From Macrostomum hystrix (Eukaryota > Animalia > Platyhelminthes), in the NCBI GenBank assembly GCA_950097015.1, contig CATNEN010000003.1:15128001-15192000 (forward strand): DNA of 64,000 nt. Reading direction: 5' to 3'. Shown here one piece after another: positions 37,470 to 51,334 of the stretch (position 1 is the stretch's first letter; every line of letters starts with the position of its first letter). The notes under the pieces were generated by a model. That model was not told the DNA's origin. It saw nothing but the letters and a program-made list of their open reading frames with translations, and made no database searches. Made by a program: the position numbers and the translations under genes.

Positions 37470-40400
37470 CTAATCCACAGGCATAGTAGAAGTAGGATTT
37501 GTCGCGCCGACACCAACAGTCGTGCTAGACGAAGCGGCCATTGTAGTAGAGGAACTGAAGTAGTTCAAAGTGACAGCGGCCAGGAAAGCGGGTACACTAT
37601 TATTCTCTTGAACGTAGTGCCTGACATCGGACTGCCATTCGGCCACATAGTCGGTAGTTAACAGGTCAACCTGGCTATTATCCAATCTAAATAGGAACGA
37701 CGTGCGCTCCGGGTTCTGCTGATCGTGATCGACAAATGTCGACGTGATGCGAAATAGTCTCTCGGAAGGATTATTTGAAACCAACTCGACGCCGTAGCCA
37801 AGGAGACGATGTACAGCTTCGCGCATCTTGCCAGTGTTGACTGTGAACACTTCCAGTTGGCGCTGTTTCTGAAGCTCCTTCTTCTCTAGTTCATTCTGAA
37901 GCCGCTCGATCTGAAGTTGATGAGTTCAGTTTGAGTCAAGATTAAATGATCGATAAATTACCATGAAAAGCTAGAAACAGTTGTCAATGACAACATAGCA
38001 ACAGTTGTAAATAATTATTGGTTACCAAGACAACCTGCACACTATTTGTTATAACAATAAAGACATTAAAAATCTGGTAACCATTATAACACACTCGATC
38101 ATGCATATATATTTCCACATACATAATCCTGGTTGCTAATGTCAACACACATATCCTGGTTGCTAATGTCAACACACATATCCTGGTTGCTAATGTCAAC
38201 ACACATCCTGGTTGCTAATGTCAACACACATATCCTGGTTGCTAATGTCAACACACATAATCCTGGTTGCTAATGTCAACACACATCCTGGTTGCTAATG
38301 TCAACACACATATCCTGGTTGCTAATGTCAACACACATAATCCTGGTTGCTAATGTCAACACACATCCTGGTTTCTAATGTCAACACACATCCTGGTTGC
38401 TAATGTCAACACACATATCCTGGTTGCTAATGTCAACACACATAATCCTGGTTGCTAATGTCAACCTACATAATCCTGGTTGCTAATGTCAACCTAAATA
38501 ATCCTGGTTGCTAATGTCAACCTAAATAATCCTCGTTGCTAATGTCAACACACATCCTGGTTGCTAATGTCAACACACATATCCTGGTTGCTAATATCAA
38601 CACACATATCCTGGTTGCTAATGTCAACACAAATCCTGGTTGCTAATGTCAACACACACAATCCTGGTTGCTAATGTCAACACACATAATCCTGGTTGCT
38701 AATGTCAACACACATAATCCTGGTTGCTAATGTCAACCTACATTACCCTACCTGAGCTAGCAGGTCGCTTCTGCCAACGATCATGGACACGTCGCGAGTC
38801 ATATCGCCGACGGTGCTGGTTGCGCCGGCGGAAACGGACTCAAACTGAGCTCGATTTTTTAATTTCTCCTCCAGCTTCTCGCACCTGGTGACGGCTTTTT
38901 CGAGTTTCTTTCTCAAATCTGTCAGTTCACGTTCGCGAGCTTCTTCGGCCTCTTGAGCAGGATTCTGAGCTAGGTGAACCACTCGAATGAATCGCGGGTC
39001 AGCGTCACCCTGAGAAACAGAATGGAAGGTGTCATTGTGAGATAGGAAATCGCATGCACAATCTGTCCAAATAAAAACAGGTTCACGTATTTAGGAATCC
39101 GGACTAGGGAAATGAGAATCAAAGGGAATTGAACGGGGAAATCCGAGAAGAGGGATTCCCAAAAAATACAGGGAAATCCAGCAAAATTAAATATACTCGT
39201 AGTAACTTTAAAATGGGAATTTGCAATGGAAATCCTTAGGAACTAAACAGGGAATTTTATAAAAAGGATTTTCAAGAAAGGAAAATCCTAAAAAGTGAAC
39301 GGGGAATTCCCAGAAAAGGGATTCCAAAGAATTCTAAGAAAGCGAACGGGGAAACCCTTGAAAAGGGGAGTCCCAAGAAAGAAATACAAGTGCCTAAGAT
39401 GTGACTATAATTAATGAGTTCAACTAGACCCGCAGCCAGCGAGGAGGCAATTCTGCCCATTTCGCTGACTCCTGAGCACACACGCACACAGATACTGTAC
39501 GCAGGCACACACTCACACAGGTGTGTACATCTGCCCTGACTTTCTCATCGTCAGGCAGTGTACACTCTCACTATGCCTTGGCCCTCGAGGGCGTAAACTG
39601 CACGACAAGCCACCAAGCCTTCTCTCCACGGCTGCGCCCAAATGAATGTGGCCTCGCTGCGGAATCGATCTTACGGACCTTGGTGCCAGAGGCAAACGCG
39701 TTAACCGGTCTGCCATCAACCCCCAAATTGCGCATGCATGCATTTCAACACTCTTTTCAGGAAATTTGCTTACCAAATCACTGAGTCGAGCCTCTCTAGC
39801 AGCCAGGATTTCTTTATCTTCTTCAGCGGCGGCCAGCCGTTCGTGCAGCTGAGTAATCTGCTGCCTGAAAGAAAAGAAAAGAAACACGTTTTAGTAACTA
39901 CGGGACATACTAAGGATAGACCCAGTTGGGTTAGATGTACAACTAGTGCCTGAGAACAGTCCGTGGACAGTATTAAAATGCATTCGGTGTAGGCAGTTTT
40001 ACCTCAATTCAGCGACTAACGACGCCTCTTGCCTTGATGCCATATCACACAATGACAGCCTTGGAGTTGGTTGTTGTTGTTGTTGTTGTTGCTGCTGCTG
40101 CTGAGACTGAGCAGGCAGCGATAGCCGACTCTGCGGATTAGCAGACGCAGTGGTTGCTATCGTTGTTGAAGTCTTGGCCAGTTCCTCATCTAGCTGACGT
40201 TTGTAATCATCGAGTAGTGATTCCATTTGATCGATGCGTTTTAGATAGGCCTGTTATAAAAATGGCAAAATATAGAATTTCATCATTAAGTAGTCTTGAT
40301 TCAGAAGAACTGAATATCGATTTTGTAGACTAGAACTTTAAACGGGTAGACTAGAGTCATCAATGAGGGTTTAAACGATTCTCGACTCGGTGGAATAGAA

Positions 40401-43400
40401 TCAGGATTGGGTAGACTGATTCAACATTGGGTAGAATGCAAATCAGGATTGGGTAGACAGTAATCAGGATTGGGTAGACAGTAATCAGGATCGGGTAGAC
40501 AGTAATCAGGATTGGGTAGACAGTAATCAGGATTGGGTAGACAGTAATCAGGATAGGGTAGACAGTAATCAGGATTGGTTAGACAGTAATCAGGATCGGG
40601 TAGACAGTAATCAGGATTGGGTAGACAGTAATCAGGATTGGGTAGACAGTAATCAGGATCGGGTAGACAGTAATCAGGATCGGGTAGACTGGAATTATGA
40701 TCGGGTAGATTGTATTAACCGATTGGATTATGGATTGGGTAGAGTGCAATTTAGGCCATAACTATATCCCAGGACTACCCTATTTTTTTGCCCGCAGTCG
40801 AGTTTCTCACCAGCTCAGATCCAGAACCGCCCAGAGTGCAATCCAATCGATAAGAGGCTACAAAGTCTTTCAACATATCTCGCTCCTTAGCTAGTAATTG
40901 AATTTTTCGTTTAACAGCAGCCAATTCAGCTTCCAAGCGCTTTGTAGCGGCTTCAGCTTTGCCAGCCCGACATTCCGCTTCCATTCTAGCTGCGGCGGAT
41001 TCCGTGATACTTTTATCCGCGGCCGAGGTAGCGGCGAGTAGTTCCGCTCGACCTGAGGTTACTAGGGCCAATTCGCGTTGCACAGCGGCTAGACGAGATT
41101 CAGCTTCAAGGGCCGAGTGCTTTGTTGAGCTACTCGATGATGCAGCATCGGGCTTATTAGCAGTAGCTTCGGCTAAATCTGAAGCTAGACGCGAGGCTCG
41201 ACTTTCAGCGGCTTCTAGACGATGACGAAGAGACCGAACCTCTTCTTCTAGGACTAGGCGATCGTCTCTGATCTGTTGAGCGGCTGTGAGTTGCTCTTTG
41301 AGTCGGCTGTTCAGCTGGCGGACCTGTTCGAAGCTGAAACAGATTTTATAACAATAATGTACACCGGCCATGTCTAACACATGAGAACAAGTTTTATAAC
41401 ACTATGTTCACTGGCCATGTCTAACACATGAGAACAAGTTTTATAACACTATGTACACAGGTCATGTCTAACACACGAGAACAAGCTTTATAACACTATG
41501 TACACTGGTCATGTCTAACACATGAGAACAAGCTTTATAACACTATGTACACTGGTCATGTCTAACACACGAGAACAAGCTTTATAACACTATGTACACT
41601 GGTCATGTCTAACACATGAGAACAAGCTTTATAACACTATGTACACTGGTCATGTCTAACACACGAGAACAAGCTTTATAACACTATGTACACTGGTCAT
41701 GTCTAACACAGGAGAACAAGCTTTATAACACTATGTACACTGGTCATGTCTAACACACGAGAACAAGCTTTATAACACTATGTTCACTGGTCATGTCTAA
41801 CACATGAGAACAAGCTTTATAACACTATGTTCACTGGCCATGTCTAACACATGAGAACAAGCTTTATAACACTATGTACACTGGTCATGTCTAACACAGG
41901 AGAACAAGCTTTATAACACTATGTACACTGGCCATGTCTAACACACGAGAACAAGCTTTATAACACTATGTACACTGGTCATGTCTAACACATGAGAACA
42001 AGCTTTATAACACTATGTTCACTGGCCATGTCTAACACATGAGAACAAGCTTTATAACACTATGTACACTGGTCATGTCTAACACAGGAGAACAAGCTTT
42101 ATAACACTATGTACACTGGCCATGTCTAACACACGAGAACAAGCTTTATAACACTATGTACACTGGTCATGTCTAACACATGAGAACAAGCTTTATAACA
42201 CTATGTTCACTGGCCATGTCTAACACAGGAGAACAAGCTTTATAACACTATGTTCACTGGCCATGTCTAACACATGAGAACAAGCTTTATAACACTATGT
42301 TCACTGGCCATGTCTAACACAGGAGAACAAGCTTTATAACACTATGTTCACAGGTCATGTCTAACACATGAGAACAAGCTTTATAACACTATGTTCACTG
42401 GTCATGTCTAACACAGGAGAACAAGCTTTATAACACTATGTACACTGGTCATGTCTAACACATGAGAACAAGCTTTATAACACTATGTTCACTGGCCATG
42501 TCTAACACAGGAGAACAAGCTTTATAACACTATGTTCACTGGCCATGTCTAACACATGAGAACAAGCTTTATAACACTATGTACACTGGTCATGTCTAAC
42601 ACACGAGAACAAGCTTTATAACACTATGTACACTGGTCATGTCTAACACAGGAGAACAAGCTTTATAACACTATGTACACTGGCCATGTCTAACACATGA
42701 GAACAAGCTTTATAACACTATGTACACTGGCCATGTCTAACACACGAGAACAAGCTTTATAACACTATGTTCACTGGTCATGTCTAACACATGAGAACAA
42801 GCTTTATAACACTATGTTCACTGGTCATGTCTAACACACGAGAACAAGCTTTATAACACTATGTACACTGGTCATGTCTAACACACGAGAACAAGCTTTA
42901 TAACACTATGTTCACTGGTCATGTCTAACACATGAGAACAAGCTTTATAACACTATGTTCACTGGCCATGTCTAACACACGAGAACAAGCTTTATAACAC
43001 TATGTACACTGGCCATGTCTAACACACGAGAACAAGCTTTATAACACTATGTACACTGGTCATGTCTAACACAGGAGAACAAGCTTTATAACACTATGTA
43101 CACTGGCCATGTCTAACACACGAGAACAAGCTTTATAACACTATGTACACTGGTCATGTCTAACACATGAGAACAAGCTTTATAACACTATGTTCACTGG
43201 CCATGTCTAACACAGGAGAACAAGCTTTATAACACTATGTTCACTGGCCATGTCTAACACACGAGAACAAGCTTTATAACACTATGTTCACTGGCCATGT
43301 CTAACACAGGAGAACAAGCTTTATAACACTATGTTCACTGGTCATGTCTAACACACGAGAACAAGCTTTATAACACTATGTACACTGGTCATGTCTAACA

Positions 43401-46400
43401 CACGAGAACAAGCTTTATAACACTATGTACACTGGTCATGTCTAACACAGGAGAACAAGCTTTATAACACTATGTACACCGGCCATGTCTAACACATGAG
43501 AACAAGCTTTATAACACTATGTTCACTGGCCATGTCTAACACATGAGAACAAGCTTTATAACACTATGTACACTGGTCATGTCTAACACAGGAGAACAAG
43601 CTTTATAACACTATGTTCACTGGCCATGTCTAACACAGGAGAACAAGCTTTATAACTAGTTGCAAACTGTAACTTTTAATTTGTAGTTGAATATCGCGTC
43701 TAACATGTGAACAGCTGTTCCTAAGGATGCTAATATCGTATCTAACACCTGTCTACAAAAGTACAAGACAAGCAGGCAGGCGCAAGCACTCACCGGTCGA
43801 TAGCCTCATTGGCACTCTTTAGTCGAGCCCTTTCAGCTTCATACAGCGTGGCCTGCATTTCCAGTTCGTTGACGCGTGCTCTCAGCTGACTGCACTCGGC
43901 TAGCTCAGCCTCTCGTTCCGACAGATACTTCTTCCACTCCGCCAGCTCCCTTGTGCGCAGTTCAGCCTGCGGTTGAGTTGATTATTGCATTGCATTTATT
44001 CAAACAAATCGAAACAATATAATAACGTTAGCTGATTCTAATTTTATCATGTCCCACATAACATAACCGCTTATAATAAGAACGATCCATGACCCAAACC
44101 GAATCGAATCATGACCCAAACCGAATCGAATCATGACCCAAACAGAATCAAAGAATGACCCAAACCGAATCGAATCATGACCCAAACCGAATCGAATCAT
44201 GACCCAAACCGAATCGAATCATGACCCAAACCGAATCGAATCATAACCCAAACCGAATCAAAGAATGACCCAAACCGAATCGAATCATGACACAAACCGA
44301 ATCGAAACATGACCCAAACCGAATCGAATCATGACCCAAACCGAATCGAATCATGACCCAAACCGAATCGAATCATGACCCAAACCGAATCGAATCATAA
44401 CCCAAACCGAATCAAAGAATGACCCAAACCGAATCGAATCATGACACAAACCGAATCGAAACATGACCCAAACCGAATCGAATCATGTCCCAAACCGAAT
44501 AGAATCATGACACAAACCGAATCGAATCATGAAACAAACCGAATCGAATCATGAAACAAACCGAATCGAATCATGAAACAAACCGAATCGAATCATGACA
44601 CAAACCGAATCGAATCATGAAACAAACCGAATCGAATCATGAAACAAACCGAATCGAATCATGACCCAAACCGAATCGAATCATGACCCAAACCGAATCG
44701 AATCATGACCCAAACCGAATCGAATCATGACCCAAAACAAATCATGACCCAAACCAAATCGAATCATGACACAAACCGAATCGAATAATGACACAAACAG
44801 AATCAAATCATGACCCAAACCGAATCGAATCATGACCCAAACCGAATCGAATCATGACCCAAACCGAATCGAATCATGACCCAAAACAAATCATGACCCA
44901 AACCACATCATGACCCAAACCAAATCGAATCATGACACAAACCGAATCGAATAATGACACAAACAGAATCGAATCATGACCCAAACCGAATCGAATCATG
45001 ACCCAAACCGAATCGAATCATGACCCAAACCAAATCGAATCATGACACAAACCGAATCGAATAATGACACAAACAGAATCAAATCATGACCCAAACCGAA
45101 TCGAATCATGACCCAAACCGAATCGAATCATGACCCAAACCGAATCGAATCATGACCCAAACCGAATCGAATCATGACCCAAACCGAATCGAATCATGAC
45201 CCAAACCGAATCGAATCATGACCCAAACCGAATCGAATCATGACCCAAAACAAATCATGACCCAAACCACATCATGACCCAAACCAAATCGAATCATGAC
45301 ACAAACCGAATCGAATAATGACACAAACAGAATCGAATCATGACCCAAACCGAATCGAATCATGACCCAAACCGAATCGAATCATGACCCAAACCAAATC
45401 GAATCATGACACAAACCGAATCGAATAATGACACAAACAGAATCAAATCATGACCCAAACCGAATCGAATCATGACCCAAACCGAATCGAATCATGACCC
45501 AAACCGAATCGAATAATGACACAAACAGAATCGAATCATGACCCAAACCGAATCGAATCATGACCCAAACCGAATCGAATCATGACCCAAACCGAATCGA
45601 ATCATGACCCAAACCAAATCGAATAATGACACAAACAGAATCAAATCATGACCCAAACCGAATCGAATCATGACCCAAACCGAATCGAATCATGACCCAA
45701 ACCGAATCGAATCATGACCCAAAACAAATCATGACCCAAACCACATCATGACCCAAACCAAATCGAATCATGACACAAACCGAATCGAATAATGACACAA
45801 ACAGAATCGAATCATGACCCAAACCGAATCGAATCATGACCCAAACCGAATCGAATCATGACCCAAACCGAATCGAATCATGACCCAAAACAAATCATGA
45901 CCCAAACCACATCATGACCCAAACCAAATCGAATCATGACACAAACCGAATCGAATAATGACACAAACAGAATCGAATCATGACCCAAACCGAATCGAAT
46001 CATGACCCAAACCGAATCGAATCATGACCCAAACCAAATCATGACCCAAACCAAATCATGACCCAAACCACATCATGACCCAAACCAAATCGAATCATGA
46101 CCCAAACCGAATCGAATCATGACACAAACCGAATCGAATCATGAAACAAACCGAATCGAATCATGAAACAAACCGAATCGAATCATGACCCAAACCGAAT
46201 CGAATCATGACCCAAACCGAATCAAATCATGACCCAAACCAAATCATGACCCAAACCAAATCGAATCATGACCCACTAATTCCTACCTGCAGTCTGGCGT
46301 CTTCAGTGACACGCAGCTCCCTAGAAGTCAACTCGAATACTCGATTTCTGGCCTCCTTCAGCTCCATGGCCAGCTGCTCCTTGTCGGCGGTGGATCGCTC

Positions 46401-47837
46401 TTCAAGCTCCAGCTTCTCTCTAGCGAGCCGAGCGGCAGTTCTCTGACAGTCCTCCAGAGAGCGCTGCATCTGATTGCGATAGTCGCGATATTCGTCGCGA
46501 AGGCTTTGCAACTCAGAGCTGACAGAGGCTAGACGGCCGCGCTCTTCGATGGCGCCTTCGCGAGAGTGCAGGCGCTGATAATTGGGGTTTAAGGAATTTG
46601 AAGCGATATTATTTGAGAACATAAATGCAAAAGACGAGATTTAAAGATAAATAAATAATCAAGAAAGGATTCAAACATACCAGTTAAGATTTAAAGTTAG
46701 ATTGAGATGGGATTTGAACGTCAATCAAGAGTGATCAGGATGGGATTTGAACATCAATCAAGAGTGATCAGGATGGGATTTGAACATCAATCAAGAATGA
46801 TCAGGATGGGATTTTAACATCAATCAAGAGTGATCAGGATGGGATTTTAACATCAATCAAGAGTGATCAGGATGGGATTTGAACGTCAATAAAAAATATA
46901 AAAAGTTCTAACAAAATACGCATTTTATAACTAGACACCGATTCGAGTGCCACGAAGTGAAAATCAGCGCTCACAATATTTTCCTCCTTGAGTCGGTTAA
47001 TTTGCTGTTCGGACTCAATCTTCTGCCTCTTTCTGGCGCTCTCCTCGGCTTGAAGTCGCATCTGCAGTTTACAGCTAGCCACCTGCATCTTGGTCACTTC
47101 AGCTGGGTCGGAGCGTCTGTCAACAGACTGAATGCCTTGGTGGTGAAATTGTATGCGATTATTGAGGATGGGATAGTTAGTGGTTAGAGCGTCGGACTCA
47201 CGACTTCAAGGTCGAGGGTTCGATTCCCGACTCAACTGGAAGAATTTGTATCCTTTAGCGAGAAATTTTAACTCTGCATTGTTTTAGTTCACTCTGGGGT
47301 AAATGAAGGTGGGTGTGGCGTCTCCCCAGTCCATGGACTGAACAGCCGTACGCAGCCTTCAGCGCAATAGCTGCGGCTGTGCCGTCGGCAATAATGTGTA
47401 ATAAATAATAATTATTATTATTGGCACTCACTAGAAGGCGCTGGGCTCTGCTTTGGCAGACCAGAAAACTCTGTCGCATTAGTTTTAGACGTAGAAAACA
47501 CGGAAGAGATTCGACCCTGCGGTTGCTGAGGCTGCTGCTGCTGATAATAACGCCCAGCTGACTGCTGGAATGACGGCGGAGGCGCCGGCTGAAGGGGTTG
47601 AAAACTGCGCGAATATTCTCGCGAATACCTACGCAACACCGGATCATTAATGCTGCTGCCGCCGCCGGCGCCAAAGTTGGACGGCGTGGCGGCTTCATGG
47701 GCGGCCTCCCCGGAGCTGGGCAGCAAATGCTGTTGATAATCTTCGGAGCCGAAACTAGTCGAAGACATTGTTGATACGGAGGAGACCTCTTGAAAATAGG
47801 AGCCTCGCTTAGTTGCTGTTGAATTAACTGAACTCAT
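37470..47837 (-). CDS. MAD1L1: Mitotic spindle checkpoint protein MAD1; exons 47837-47432, 47135-46975, 46574-46287, 43966-43794, 41333-40811, 40250-40003, 39864-39774, 39009-38752, 37910-37470
   Basis: Long coiled coil; MAD2-interaction motif RVVHLAQNP (human KVLHMSLNP); C-terminal region EVF..MREAVHRLLGY..SVPAFLAAVTLNYF. Exon 2 acceptor is the least certain. Confidence 0.88.
38125..38742. repeat. 25-28-bp minisatellite (ATCCTGGTTGCTAATGTCAACACAC)n in MAD1 intron 8
   Basis: Direct periodicity; abuts the donor site. Confidence 0.95.
39423..39725 (-). mobile_element. SINE family B in MAD1 intron 7
   Basis: Matches 30065-30376. Confidence 0.88.
40398..40745. repeat. 21-bp minisatellite (AATCAGGATTGGGTAGACAGT)n in MAD1 intron 5
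   Basis: Direct periodicity. Confidence 0.92.
41345..43657. repeat. 47-bp minisatellite (GAGAACAAGCTTTATAACACTATGTACACTGGTCATGTCTAACACAT)n, ~49 units, in MAD1 intron 4
   Basis: Direct periodicity; edge unit ~10 nt from the acceptor. Confidence 0.97.
44088..46274. repeat. 22-bp minisatellite (ATGACCCAAACCGAATCGAATC)n with 17-bp variants in MAD1 intron 3
   Basis: Direct periodicity; begins ~12 nt after the donor. Confidence 0.97.
46705..46890. repeat. 33-bp tandem repeat (GATGGGATTTGAACATCAATCAAGAGTGATCAG)n in MAD1 intron 2
   Basis: ~5.5 units. Confidence 0.92.
47176..47390 (+). mobile_element. SINE family A (internal deletion) in MAD1 intron 1
   Basis: A/B boxes plus shared body. Confidence 0.85.
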
Positions 47838-48781
47838 CGATTTATTAATAGTCTTTTTAGATCACTAATCACTCGAGTTAAACATTCGTGTCGGAATCGA
47901 AATAGCAATCACAATAGTCAGGTTGAGCTGAAATTAATTGTTTTCTCAGCAAGGTGAACAGACATTTTATATACGGAAAAAATAGGGAGTCAGTTTTCGC
48001 AAAAAGGTCAGGGGTTCGAATCTCTGCCTACATGGAATCTTAATGCCTTATCTAAATCAGGAGGTCGGGGGTTCGATTCGAATATTAGAAAACAAAGAAA
48101 AACTATTTAGCACTTCTGCTTCACCTTAGCTGCTCAACAAATGATCTTAAACTATATATTTTCTCACACAAGATGTGTTCAAAGTTTTATTCAAACAAAA
48201 AAGCATAGAATTGTAAGGCTTGTGAATTAATTTAATTTCATTTTTTCCCACATTTGAAAATATGTTGTCGAAAAATAAATAGTCATTAACTGAAACAAAT
48301 ACACACCACTCAAGTACTCGTAATAGAATGAATATAAACAAATTTTAATACATTGAACTACTGCACAGTTCACTGAATAAAGCATTATTAAACATGACCT
48401 GTTTGGGTTATTTAAAAACAAGGAACACGAATTTCTAGTTGCTGAGAGAAAATATATACCCCACAGAACAAAACAAAGGCAAAGCAAACAAAGGAAAACA
48501 TTCAAGTTATTTTTGTTAAAGCAGTCTCTGAGTCCTTTGTGTCAATGAATTATAACAAAATTACATATAATTGGAAGAGATATTGGCTAGAGAAGCGACA
48601 GACAATATTAGACAAATGAAAGGACCTTAATGTATATCACTGCATATATAATTGTATATTTTAAATTCCATTTATTAAATTAAACAAAATTTTTCTTATA
48701 TTACCCAAAAAATGACAATTATCTTAATTTCCCGGGCAAAAGAGAAATATAGATACTTACAACAAATTAGTCCAAAAATAT

Positions 48782-49862
48782 TCACTTTTTCTTTCCAGAA
48801 GAAGAAGTAGCAGCAACAGCAGCCGGAGCTGCAGTTGTCTGGACAATCACTTGGCCTTTTTCTTTGCCGCGCAATTTTATACCAATCTGACGCTCAATTT
48901 TGCCAAGCACCTGATTGTTGGGAATGGCTTGACCGTTTTCGTACTCAGCAATGACCTGAATGGTGGGCAAAGTTTTACCGGGATCATATTTTGAGTTGTA
49001 CCCTATCGATTTTATACCTGAATCCCTATCGATTTCTCCCTGAATCCCTATCGATTTCCCCTGAATCCCTATCGATTTCTCCCTGAATCCCTATCGATTT
49101 CTCCCTGAATCCCTATCGATTTCTACCTGAACCCTGATCGATTTCTACCCGAATCCTGATCGATTTCTACCTGAACCCTGATCGATTTCTACCTGAATCC
49201 CCATCGATTTTTACCTGAACCCTGATCGATTTCTACATGAACCCTGGTCAATTTCTACCTGAACCCTGATCGATTTCTACCTGAATCCCTATCGATTTTT
49301 AATTGAATCCTGATCGATTTCTACCTGAATCCTGATCGATATCTACCTGAATCCTGATCGATTTCGACATAAACCCTGATCGATTTCTACCTGAATCCTT
49401 ATCTATTGTTGTTAAATCCAGTTCTATTTGTACCTGAATACTTATCTATTGTTCCTGAATCCAGATATATTTTTACACGAATCCTGATCGATTTCCACCT
49501 GAATCCTAATCGCTTTTAATCTGTAATTATAAGTACTGAGTTCAGCATCCTAAAATTTGTCACGAAACTAAATCACAAACCTGCGGTTTCTCATTGATCC
49601 TTGTGGCCAGATCCTTCTGGCTAAGTCCCTTAGCTTGTCGGCCCTGTTGAATTAGCTTGCCAACATCCATGCCAATTCGATTGTGATGCAGACTTTCAGT
49701 CTCCTGGTCTAGCTTCCTGGCGTCCTTGTCAGTTTTGTGCTGCTTGTTAGTTCCGGAATCGAATTTCCTATTAGATTCAATTTGCAAGCCCTGACGCTGG
49801 GCCGAAGATAGTTGCTGGGTAGTCTTCAGGTGAACAACCCGCTGATCATCTGCCTCAGCCAT
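48782..49862 (-). CDS. EDF1: Multiprotein bridging factor 1 / EDF1; exons 49862-49581, 48955-48782
   Basis: [83 protein letters not shown]. Confidence 0.96.
49000..49512. repeat. ~22-bp minisatellite (CCTGAATCCCTATCGATTTCTA)n filling the MBF1 intron
   Basis: Direct periodicity, diverged. Confidence 0.88.
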
Positions 49863-50029
49863 TGTTTCAAATATAGCTAGTTATAGTTTATAGCTGAAAT
49901 CAATATATGACTCTTTAGCATAAAGAACTTATTATGTATGACATGAAAAAATGTTTCTTCAGGGATTTGCTAGTAGTTTTGGGTAAACAATTAGCAGTAA
50001 TTTTATCCCATGTTATACAATCATATTCT

Positions 50030-50792
50030 AGCTCTGGATGCAGATGACACAGATCTTAAGCGACTGCCATGCCACATGACCTACACACTGAACATTGTTG
50101 CATCCATGTACACTAGGGCTGCTGCTGAACAGTATCCAGAGCTGTGGCAGCAGTTTTGTAAAACTATCGCAAAGGCACAAGCATTGTGTAATGCCCAGTC
50201 GAACAGTACTCTTGCTGCCAATGACACTCAGCATTGAGCTTGGTCATAAGCTTCAGTACCCAATGCAACTTGGTGGAATTTAATGTTTAAGAATGTGAAA
50301 CAGCTCAGCAAATTGTTTGAGAGGCATGTCTACTGAAAGAGTACCAGATTGTAATGGCACCAATTGCAATCGCTCTTGATGTGCTGCAAGTTGAAAGCAA
50401 TGTGTGCCTAGGTATGCTGCTGCCAAAAATTTCAGGTGTCATTACTAATTTTAAGGACATTCGCTATCACCTTCATCTGGAGTACTGCAGGGCTCCCTAT
50501 TGGAATAAGTTGACTAATTGTGTCTGACTGACCATAGCATTTCCTACTGGCCAGGTGAAACGAGGGCCAAACAAGGTAAGTCACAAAAACCAATTGACAA
50601 AGCGCAAAAAAATCAGAGGGGGGACCAAGGGACAAAAAGGAAGGCGTGAAGAAAAGGAAAAAGGGGAGAGAAAAAGAGAGCAAATGAGAGCTAACTAAGT
50701 CGTAAATAGAGCAATTGAACGAACTAAGTGGCAAATGAGAACAAAAACTAAGTTGCACAGCTGACTAAGATTTGGGAGGTTGCGCATGTATG
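50030..50792 (+). pseudogene. Decayed hAT transposase fragments followed by the element's terminal region and TIR
   Basis: Frame-broken motifs CHMTYTLNIVA (cf. CxxHxLNL), KAQALCN.QS, VPNATWWN (cf. TRWNS), LKEYQIVMAPIAIALDVLQVE.N.CLGMLLP; ends GTTGCGCATGTATG. Confidence 0.75.
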
Positions 50793-51053
50793 AGAGCTAT
50801 ACAAGCTCTTTGTCTATTTTAACACTGGCAAGCTGTTGAATGTTGCAGTTAAATATCCCTTCTACATGATATAGACTATGATATACCATGTACAAAATGA
50901 GCATAACCCTTTGACCAATAAAATGTTGGCCTGCTTTGTGGCAAAATGTATCTGATGCATATGCATTTGGAGCAGCATTGACTATAGCCTGTAGCATGCA
51001 ATTGTTTTTATAAACCTTGCTTAAACATTTTATAATTTTATGATACATTCATA

Positions 51054-51334
51054 CATACATGCGCAACCTCCCAAATCTTAGCCGGCCGTGCGACTTAGTT
51101 TTTGCTCTCATTTGCAACTTAGTTCGTTTCATTGCTCTATTTACGACTTAGTTTGCTCTCATTTGATCTCTTTTTCTCTCCCCTTTTTCCTTTTTTTCAC
51201 GCCTTCCTTTTTTGTCCCTTGGTCCCCCCTTTGATTTTTTTGCGCTTGGTTGATTGGTTTTTGCGACTTACCTTGCTTGGCCCTCGTTTCACCCGGCCGG
51301 TTCGGCTGGGTCGGCCGGGTGTTGCGCATGTATG
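51054..51334. mobile_element. hAT-family MITE (281 bp)
   Basis: 14-bp perfect TIR CATACATGCGCAAC; perfect 8-bp TSD CATTCATA (51046-51053 and 51335-51342). Confidence 0.93.

Noticed and set aside
41345-43657. 47-bp repeats as a CRISPR array
   Set aside because: Head-to-tail repeats without unique spacers; no cas genes; eukaryotic intron
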